From positions 1 through 49,536 of the forward strand of contig JAVZBY010000001.1 in assembly GCA_038874655.1 (NCBI GenBank): 49,536 bases of DNA, given 5' to 3'. The position numbers were made by a program, and so were the translations under genes. Position 1 is the first letter of the stretch. Each line of letters opens with the position of its first letter. Below are positions 41,078 to 49,536 of this stretch, piece after piece. The notes under the pieces were generated by a model. It was not told the origin of the DNA. It worked only from the letters and a program-made list of their open reading frames with translations, and did not search any database. This stretch comes from Candidatus Woesearchaeota archaeon. GTDB taxonomy: Archaea > Nanobdellota > Nanobdellia > Woesearchaeales > GW2011-AR15.

Positions 41078-41380
41078 CTTTTTCCCTAGATCTTATTTTT
41101 TTAATTTTAATTAATTATTTGTAGTTAATTATGCTATCTTTATATTGTTTTTGTTTATTTTAATATTTTAATTGTGAATTATACAATTTATATGAATCTT
41201 TATACAACAAACTAATAATAGACAAATGTGTGAAATCATATAAAAAAATAGCATATCATATAATTACACAATTGCTAAATTAAGGAAAAATTTTTAAATA
41301 TCAGTATACTTCCTACTATATTAGGGGGTTAAGTACATTTTTTATAATTACAAAAGAATCTATTTTCGGGGGTATATAAG

Positions 41381-41797
41381 ATGGTAATCCTATATGATAG
41401 ATTTAATTTACCTGATGATATCTATGAAATTATTTTTGCTACAAAACAGCAAGTTATAGTAGGAAAACTCTTGATAAATTACATGAAACAAAACGGGGGT
41501 CAAATTGGAAAAACAGAGATGTCTGTTTTTGCAACAAAATTACATGAAGGTGAGTTAATTGGTGAAATTGATGAACCTCCTTACATTGGTAAAAAAGTAA
41601 AAATCTCCTATAACAAAAGACAATTTTATGATAGAATCTTAACACCAATGAAATCAATGGGATTAATTGACTATGACTTATATAATAAGACCTATAAAAT
41701 TTCAGACAAATTCAATAAAGACATGATGAGAATTGGTTTAATGTGGCTCCAAGAAATACAAAAACCAGCATATAGCTACGAAGAAAAAAATAAATAA
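41381..41797 (+). CDS. Hypothetical protein, possibly winged helix
   Basis: RQFYDRILTPMKSMGLIDYD..KTYKIS helix-plus-wing pattern. Confidence 0.65.
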   Translation: MVILYDRFNLPDDIYEIIFATKQQVIVGKLLINYMKQNGGQIGKTEMSVFATKLHEGELIGEIDEPPYIGKKVKISYNKRQFYDRILTPMKSMGLIDYDLYNKTYKISDKFNKDMMRIGLMWLQEIQKPAYSYEEKNK

Positions 41798-41827
41798 AAA
41801 CTAAAAATAAAAACTTCCCATTAAAAA

Positions 41828-43030
41828 TTAAATTTTATTATGATGTTTTCTCTTTTTCCTAATTTTTGATATTAAAATTAATATTACTAAACCGATAATT
41901 ATATACAAAATAAAGAGTAAATATCCAGGCATTTTTTTATCTTTTTTTAATACTTTAACTTGTTTGCTTTGTTCTTCAAATGTTATTTTATTGTTATAAA
42001 GAACTCTTCCAGAAATTTGATATTCCCCAGTTTCTTTTGGTAAAAAAAACAAGTTAAATTCAATTGATTCCTGAGGATTTACCTCTAATGAATCAGATTC
42101 TAAAATTTGCTCTATTTTTCCTGTTTTCAGATTTTTAATTTCTCCTTTAAATTTTGCAATAACCTTTCTATTGCCTGTATTTTGGAATAATGGTCTAATA
42201 GGCAATATTTCATTTTCATAAGCAATCTCATTTGTTCTTATGCCAATTAGTTTTCCTGAATCAGCAATCTGTCCCTTTTCTAAAACATCAAAAGTAACTA
42301 ATTGTTGTTGATTACATTGTTTCAAATAAATGTAAGCAAAATATTGTCCTAGTGGCAAATTATTATTAATCTCTGCAAAGATTTCTTTTTTTGTTGTAGG
42401 TAAAATTTCTTGACCTAATGTAGTTGTTGAATAAACCATTTTTGTTTTATATTGATCATAAACTTCTACCTTAATCTCAGGTCTTAATCTTATATTTCCA
42501 TTATTCTCCACAATTGCACTTACAATAAAAGGTTGTCCAATTTCTGTATTAGAAGCAGTAATCTTTCCAGCAGTGCAATCAATAATCTCATCCCCTACAA
42601 CTTCAACATAAATTAATAAACCAACTTGTGCCATCACAGATGAACCTGCACCACTTTCAACAGTTGCATAACTATCTGTTGTTATTTTTAATAAACCACT
42701 ATAATTTCCAGATGGGATATCTTTTGGAGGTTCTATTATTAATTTAACAGAGTAAGGTTTTGATTTTGAAAATTGAAAGCTCTCATTAGTTGGCTCTAAT
42801 TTAATCCAATCAGCAATCTCACCATCACCTTTGAATCTCGCTGTTAAAGGAAATTCTGTTGATGTTGTTATTGTTATGTATGTTTCAGCATAGCCTCCTT
42901 TCATCATTTTTGAAAATTTAACTATACTCGGACTTACACCTATTACAGCAGAACATACATTAAATGATAATAAAATTATAAAAAGAAAATTATAAAAGAT
43001 GAAAGTAAAAAAAAACTTTTTTTTAATCAT
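41828..43030 (-). CDS. Membrane-anchored secreted protein with Ig/CARDB-like beta domains
   Basis: Signal peptide, IGVSP, ENNGN and QNTGN repeats, C-terminal TM + basic tail. Confidence 0.75.
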   Translation of the reverse strand: MIKKKFFFTFIFYNFLFIILLSFNVCSAVIGVSPSIVKFSKMMKGGYAETYITITTSTEFPLTARFKGDGEIADWIKLEPTNESFQFSKSKPYSVKLIIEPPKDIPSGNYSGLLKITTDSYATVESGAGSSVMAQVGLLIYVEVVGDEIIDCTAGKITASNTEIGQPFIVSAIVENNGNIRLRPEIKVEVYDQYKTKMVYSTTTLGQEILPTTKKEIFAEINNNLPLGQYFAYIYLKQCNQQQLVTFDVLEKGQIADSGKLIGIRTNEIAYENEILPIRPLFQNTGNRKVIAKFKGEIKNLKTGKIEQILESDSLEVNPQESIEFNLFFLPKETGEYQISGRVLYNNKITFEEQSKQVKVLKKDKKMPGYLLFILYIIIGLVILILISKIRKKRKHHNKI

Positions 43031-43140
43031 GCTAAATTAATTATTTTAAGGTTTTATAAAAATTGCGATAATCTTATTAACTTTAATTAAACTATTGTCA
43101 TTGCGATACCTTTATAAAAAAATAGAATTTTAGTATTTTT

Positions 43141-44502
43141 ATGGTTTTAGAAAAGCTTAGCGATTCATTAAAATCAACTTTAGAAAAAATAGCAAAAGCA
43201 GTTTTTGTAGATGATACTTTAATTAATGAGTTAATTAGAGATATACAAAGAGCATTGCTCCAAGCTGATGTAAATGTAAAATTAGTTTTTGATCTTTCTA
43301 ATAAAATAAAAGAAAAAGCAAAAGAAGAGCCACCCAAAGGATTAACTAAAAGAGAACAATTAATAAATATTGTTTATGAAGAATTAGTCTCATTCTTAGG
43401 AGGAGAGGGTTATAAAATAGATATTTCCAAAGCAACTAAAAAACCATTTAAAATAATGTTAGTTGGATTATTTGGTTCTGGTAAAACAACAACAGCAGCA
43501 AAATTAGCTAAGTTTTTTCAAAAAAGAGCAGGCAAAATTGCTATGATTCAATTAGATGTTTGGCGACCTGCAGCATTTAAACAATTACAACAATTAGGTA
43601 ATCAAATAAATGTTCCTGTTTATGGAGATGAAAAAGAAAAAAATCCTGAAAAAATTTACAAAAAATTTGAAAATGAATTAAATAAATATGAATTAATAAT
43701 TATTGATACAGCAGGAAGAGATGCACTTTCAGATGAATTAATAGAAGAATTAAATAAAATAAACAAATTGGTAAATGCAGATGAGAGATTGTTAGTAATT
43801 AGTGCAGATATAGGACAAGCTGCTGAAAAACAAGCATCAGCATTTCACGAAACTTGCAATATTACTGGAGTTATTATAACAAAAATGGAAGGAACTGCTA
43901 AAGGTGGTGGTGCTTTATCAGCATGTGCAATAACAAAAGCACCTGTTAAATTTATAGGAGTCGGAGAAAAAATTGATGATTTAGAAGAATTTAATCCAAA
44001 AGGCTTTGTTTCAAGATTACTAGGAATGGGTGATATAGAAGCATTATTACAAAAAGTTGAAGACGCAATTTCAGAGGAAGAAGCATTAGATATGAGTAAA
44101 AAATTCATAAAAGGTGAATTTAATTTAATAGATTTGTATGAGCAAATGCAAGCAATGAAAAAAATGGGACCTTTATCAAAGATAATGGAATTAATTCCAG
44201 GCATGGGACAATTAAAACTGCCAAAAGAATTAATTGATATTCAGCAAACAAAATTAGAAAAATGGCGTTATATAATGGACTCATGCACAAAAGAAGAACT
44301 AGAAGATCCTGAATTAATAGCAGGAACAAGAATTGATAGAATTTCAAAAGGTTCCGGTGTTAGTGAAAAAGAGATTAGAGAATTAATAAAACAATATAGA
44401 CAAGCAAAAAAATTAATGAAAATGTTTAAAGGAGATACTAAAAACATAGAAAAAATGATGAAAAAATTCCCTGGCTTTAAGGGAATGAATTTTGGGATGT
44501 GA
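43141..44502 (+). CDS. srp54: Signal recognition particle protein SRP54
   Basis: LLQADVNV, GLFGSGKTT, DTAGR, AKGGGALS, M domain. Confidence 0.97.
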   Translation: MVLEKLSDSLKSTLEKIAKAVFVDDTLINELIRDIQRALLQADVNVKLVFDLSNKIKEKAKEEPPKGLTKREQLINIVYEELVSFLGGEGYKIDISKATKKPFKIMLVGLFGSGKTTTAAKLAKFFQKRAGKIAMIQLDVWRPAAFKQLQQLGNQINVPVYGDEKEKNPEKIYKKFENELNKYELIIIDTAGRDALSDELIEELNKINKLVNADERLLVISADIGQAAEKQASAFHETCNITGVIITKMEGTAKGGGALSACAITKAPVKFIGVGEKIDDLEEFNPKGFVSRLLGMGDIEALLQKVEDAISEEEALDMSKKFIKGEFNLIDLYEQMQAMKKMGPLSKIMELIPGMGQLKLPKELIDIQQTKLEKWRYIMDSCTKEELEDPELIAGTRIDRISKGSGVSEKEIRELIKQYRQAKKLMKMFKGDTKNIEKMMKKFPGFKGMNFGM

Positions 44503-44574
44503 TTCTTAAAATTTTAGTTTAGTGTTTAATTGCAATTAATTTAATATTTAATAGCGACATTCTTTATTAGAAAA

Positions 44575-44671
44575 CGCCGGCGCCCGGATTTGAACCGGGA
44601 TATCCTTTCGGAAACAGGATTTTTGTATTTTAATTCCAGTCCTGCGCAGTACCAGGTTGTGCCACGCCGGC
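44575..44671 (-). tRNA. tRNA-Ser(GGA) with 13-nt intron at 37/38 (44621-44633)
   Basis: GCCGGCG/CGCCGGC acceptor, G73, CAGGA/TCCTG stem with a 20-nt loop, variable arm TCC-GAAA-GGA. Confidence 0.9.
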
Positions 44672-44677
44672 TTAAAA

Positions 44678-44750
44678 AGCCCCTGATGGGATTTGAACCC
44701 ACGACCTTGCGCTTACCAAGCGCACGCAATAGCGACTATGCTACAGGGGC
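44678..44750 (-). tRNA. tRNA-Thr(GGT)
   Basis: GCCCCTG/CAGGGGC acceptor, TGCGC-TTGGTAA-GCGCA. Confidence 0.92.
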
Positions 44751-44820
44751 TTAATGAACTTTTAATAGACTCTTTTAAACAAATTTTGTTTTTAAACCAA
44801 ATAGTCTATTTCCTTTGCTA

Positions 44821-44892
44821 TGGACTCGTCGGGAATTGAACCCGATGCCTCCCCTCAGCCAAAGGGGCGCGATACCGATTCGCCACGAGCCC
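44821..44892 (-). tRNA. tRNA-Ala(GGC)
   Basis: GGGCTCG/CGAGTCC with G3:U70, A73; CCCCT-TTGGCTG-AGGGG. Confidence 0.88.
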
Positions 44893-45009
44893 TTTAAAGT
44901 AATAAATAAAATAACTAAATCAAAAATACTAAAATAAAAAAATTCATTCTTTAAAAAATTAATGAAAAATATAAAAGAATGATATCTATAAAATAACAAA
45001 TTAAAAATA

Positions 45010-45417
45010 TTATAAATTCAATCTCTCGTCTATTTTTTTTGCAGCATCTTTTAAATCATCCATTACTCTTAAAATATCATGTTCTAATTCATCAATTAAA
45101 GAAGATAATTTATTAACTCTCAACATGTATTTTTTTCCATCATAAACAACCAATCCAGAACCAATTAACTTGTGTAAGTGATGCACAACAGTTCCTCTAG
45201 ATAAGCCAACCTTCTCAGAAATTTCATCGCTAGTTAAACCCTCTGATGTAGGGATTGCTTTTAATAAAACTACAAACATTCTAAAACAACTTTTATCTTT
45301 ATCTCTCTCACCAAACAAACCTAGAGAATCACATACCCATTGTAAGTCTTCATTTAAATTATTCTCTGTTGGTTTTTTTGATTTGTAAATAGTTATTTTA
45401 TTTTTTCTTGCAATCAT
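45010..45417 (-). CDS. ArsR-like wHTH transcriptional regulator
   Basis: GLTSDEISEKVGLSRGTVVHHLHKLIGSGLV; C-terminal coiled coil. Confidence 0.85.
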   Translation of the reverse strand: MIARKNKITIYKSKKPTENNLNEDLQWVCDSLGLFGERDKDKSCFRMFVVLLKAIPTSEGLTSDEISEKVGLSRGTVVHHLHKLIGSGLVVYDGKKYMLRVNKLSSLIDELEHDILRVMDDLKDAAKKIDERLNL

Positions 45418-45423
45418 AATCTT

Positions 45424-45510
45424 TATTAGTTATAACTAATATTTAAATTTTTTCCGAAAAATTTATAAATAAGTTTAATTTCACATAAACATAGTTGATT
45501 TTAAATCAAC
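45424..45510. promoter_or_regulatory. Back-to-back BRE/TATA promoters, each followed by a perfect palindrome
   Basis: TATTAGTTA|TAACTAATA 45424-45441; minus-strand CGGAAAAAA-TTTAAATA; plus-strand CCGAAAAA-TTTATAAA; GTTGATTT-T-AAATCAAC 45494-45510. Confidence 0.7.
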
Positions 45511-45634
45511 AAAACATAAAATAAAATAAACAAAAATTATAACCTTTACTAAATATAAATGAATTATAAAATCTAATAATTACAAAAAATTACAAAATAT
45601 AATTTTTTATCTAAAAAAGGAGGAGGTGGTAAAA

Positions 45635-46144
45635 ATGTACTGGGACCCATTTGAAGAATTAGAAAGAATGCATGAAGAAATTGATAGATTATTTAAGAGA
45701 TCATTTATGCAGTTTATGCCAGAGTTATATGACAGAAACTTAAAAGATTATAGAAATCTTTTGGGATATGATACTATGGGAAGTAGAGATTTAATAACAA
45801 CTGACAGAACTTTAAGTTTTAGAAAACCAGTATGTCATCTCCATGAAACAGAGAAAAACATAATAGCAGCATTTGAATTGCCTGGAGTTAAAAAAGAGGA
45901 TATTGAATTAAATGTAGATGATAGAAGCATAGAACTAAAAGTAGAGTCAAAAAATGAAAAGAAGCATGAAGATGATGAAAAGAAAGTATATGGCTATACC
46001 TTACAGAAATTTTATAGAAGAGTTGCATTACCCAAAGAAGTTGATTCAAGTAAAGCAATAGCAGAATACAAAGATGGTGTTTTAAGAATAGAGATGCCTA
46101 AAAAAGAACAAGATAGTGAGAAAAAGAGACTTCAAATTAAGTAA
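45635..46144 (+). CDS. hsp20: Small heat shock protein (Hsp20)
   Basis: WDPFEEL, ELPGVKKEDI, FYRRVALP, AEYKDGVLRIEMPK; SD GGAGGTGG. Confidence 0.95.
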   Translation: MYWDPFEELERMHEEIDRLFKRSFMQFMPELYDRNLKDYRNLLGYDTMGSRDLITTDRTLSFRKPVCHLHETEKNIIAAFELPGVKKEDIELNVDDRSIELKVESKNEKKHEDDEKKVYGYTLQKFYRRVALPKEVDSSKAIAEYKDGVLRIEMPKKEQDSEKKRLQIK

Positions 46145-46193
46145 AAATTTTTTTCCTTTTAATTTTTTTGTTTAAAAAATAAGGGTTGAGAAA

Positions 46194-47048
46194 ATGAAAA
46201 TAACTTCAATTGAAAATCAATTTAAAACTGTAATTTTGTTAGGATTATTAACAGCATTACTATTATGGATTGGTAATTTATTAGGTGGCTCTCTAGGTTT
46301 AACATTTGCTTTTATCATTGTTTTAATTATGAACTTAGTGAGTTATTTCTTTTCAGATAAAATAGTTTTAGCATTATATAGAGCTAAAGAAGTAAATAAA
46401 GATTCTAGAATTTACCATCTTGTTTTAGAAGTAGTCAAAAAAGCAGAAATTCCTATGCCAAAAGTTTATACAATAAAAACAAAAAATCCAAATGCTTTTG
46501 CAACAGGACGAGATCCTAAGCATTCAGCTGTTGTATTTACAGAAGGTATTTTAGAAATATTGAATGAAGATGAATTAAAAGGAGTAATTGCTCATGAATT
46601 ATCACATATAAAAAATAGAGATACTTTAATTGCAACAATAGCAGCAGTCATTGCTGGAACAATAAGCTATATAGCATCAATGGCAAGATGGGCTGCTATA
46701 TTTGGAGGTTTTGGAGATAGAGATAGAGGTAAATCCTTATTTGAATTCCTTTTATTGGCAATATTAGCACCTTTTATTGCTCTAATCATACAATTAGCAA
46801 TTTCAAGACAAAGAGAATATTTAGCAGATCTAACTGCAGCAAAAATAACAAAAAAACCAAATTATTTAGCAGATGCATTACTAAAAATAGAAGAAGGTGT
46901 AAAAAATCATCCTTTAACTTTTGGTAGTGAAACAACTTCCTCATTATTTATTGCTAATCCTTTCAAAGCAAGTACTTTCATTAATTTATTTTCAACTCAT
47001 CCACCAATTAAAGAAAGAGTTGCAAGATTAAGAAAAATGAAGGTTTAA
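46194..47048 (+). CDS. htpX: Zinc metalloprotease HtpX
   Basis: PNAFATGRDP, AHELSH, SRQREYLAD, FSTHPP. Confidence 0.95.
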   Translation: MKITSIENQFKTVILLGLLTALLLWIGNLLGGSLGLTFAFIIVLIMNLVSYFFSDKIVLALYRAKEVNKDSRIYHLVLEVVKKAEIPMPKVYTIKTKNPNAFATGRDPKHSAVVFTEGILEILNEDELKGVIAHELSHIKNRDTLIATIAAVIAGTISYIASMARWAAIFGGFGDRDRGKSLFEFLLLAILAPFIALIIQLAISRQREYLADLTAAKITKKPNYLADALLKIEEGVKNHPLTFGSETTSSLFIANPFKASTFINLFSTHPPIKERVARLRKMKV

Positions 47049-47068
47049 ACTCAAATCGTAAAATTAGT

Positions 47069-47335
47069 ATGTTAATTTTTAAAATATTTTTAATCAATTT
47101 TTTTAAAAAACATGGAGGTAGGGAAGAAAGAACAAAATCTGGTTTATACATACCAGATTCTGCTAAAGAAAAACCATTACAAGCAATTGTAATTGAGATA
47201 GGAGATGGTAAAGACATAAAATTAAAACCTGGAGATAAAGTTATTCATGAGAGTTATGCTGGTTCAGAGATAAAAATTGATGGTGTCAAGCATCTAATTA
47301 TGGATGTTAAAGATATCATAGCAATAATAGAATAA
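47069..47335 (+). CDS. groES: Co-chaperonin GroES with aberrant or missing N-terminus (possible pseudogene)
   Basis: EERTKSGLYIPDSAKEKP...KPGDKV...YAGSEIKIDG...DIIAII; the conserved KPLxDRV strand is absent. Confidence 0.85.
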   Translation: MLIFKIFLINFFKKHGGREERTKSGLYIPDSAKEKPLQAIVIEIGDGKDIKLKPGDKVIHESYAGSEIKIDGVKHLIMDVKDIIAIIE

Positions 47336-47390
47336 TGATATAAATATAGAATAATGATATAACATTTGATAAAATAATTATAAAAAATAA

Positions 47391-49040
<1,650 letters not shown>

Positions 49041-49119
49041 ACTAATTAAAGATATGTATTAAAGATATGTAAGTGATTTATTATTTTTTTTTATTTTTTA
49101 AAAAATTAATAAAGGTGAA

Positions 49120-49536
49120 ATGATGAGTAAAAAAGAGATTGAAGAAGCGTTAGAAAAAGTTATGGACAAAAATTATCATGAAAAAAAAAATAATCATGAG
49201 AAAATTAGTATTCCTAATGATAATAATAACAAAACTAAAAGTGAAGAGATTAATAATTATAATGAAGATATCTCTAATTACAATCAAGAAACTAGCAAAG
49301 TAGAAACAAAAAAAAACGAACAATATGAGTCAAAAGTCTCTGAATTAAATCAAAAAATTGATGACTTAACAGAAACTTTGAAAAGAGTACAAGCAGATTT
49401 CATTAATTATAAAAATAGAGTAGAAAAAGAAAAAGCTTATTGTATAGAATATGGCAATGCAGAATTAATAAAAAAATTACTTCCAGTGTTAGATAGTTTT
49501 GATTTGGCATTGCAAAATGCTACAGATTTAGAAAAA
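49120..49536 (+). CDS. grpE: Nucleotide exchange factor GrpE (truncated by the window end)
   Basis: Hand translation: ...LKRVQADFINYKNRVEKEK...LIKKLLPVLDSFDLAL; SD AGGTGA. Confidence 0.92.
   Translation, partial: MMSKKEIEEALEKVMDKNYHEKKNNHEKISIPNDNNNKTKSEEINNYNEDISNYNQETSKVETKKNEQYESKVSELNQKIDDLTETLKRVQADFINYKNRVEKEKAYCIEYGNAELIKKLLPVLDSFDLALQNATDLEK

Noticed and set aside
41309-41375. Origin recognition boxes (oriC)
   Set aside because: G-strings are present but the TTCCA..GAAA core is missing, there are only two weak copies, and no cdc6/orc1 is nearby
44541-44999. ORFs 44541-44729 and 44775-44999
   Set aside because: They are translations across tRNA genes
47112-47192. Programmed -1 frameshift from ATG 47112 into groES
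   Set aside because: No canonical slippery heptamer, and the product would still lack the conserved first strands

Overview
Very AT-rich archaeal chromosomal DNA in the standard code (TGA, TAA and TAG all end conserved genes). It is most consistent with a DPANN lineage such as Woesearchaeales; this is inferred from archaeal information genes (rpl37e, rps8e, Sm, SRP54, archaeal AlaRS, intron-containing tRNAs) mixed with bacterial-type genes (mutS, lgt, tpiA, thrS, groES/groEL, grpE). Contents in order: MNT-HEPN and VapBC-like toxin-antitoxin modules, cmk, mutS, a complete A-type ATP synthase operon (H-I-K-E-C-F-A-B-D), pilin-like genes, ftsZ, five tRNAs (two with introns), and a chaperone cluster (hsp20-htpX-groES-groEL-grpE) divergent from a wHTH regulator. 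Top observations: (1) a beta-carbonic anhydrase sits between atpB and atpD, and a divergent two-domain beta-CA-like protein follows atpD; (2) atpF, missed by the ORF track, appears to start at ATA; (3) groES lacks its conserved N-terminus; (4) the tRNA-Leu intron is antisense to its own variable arm; (5) a candidate heat-shock repressor has two perfect operator palindromes. All protein calls come from recognising motifs by eye; no searches were run.
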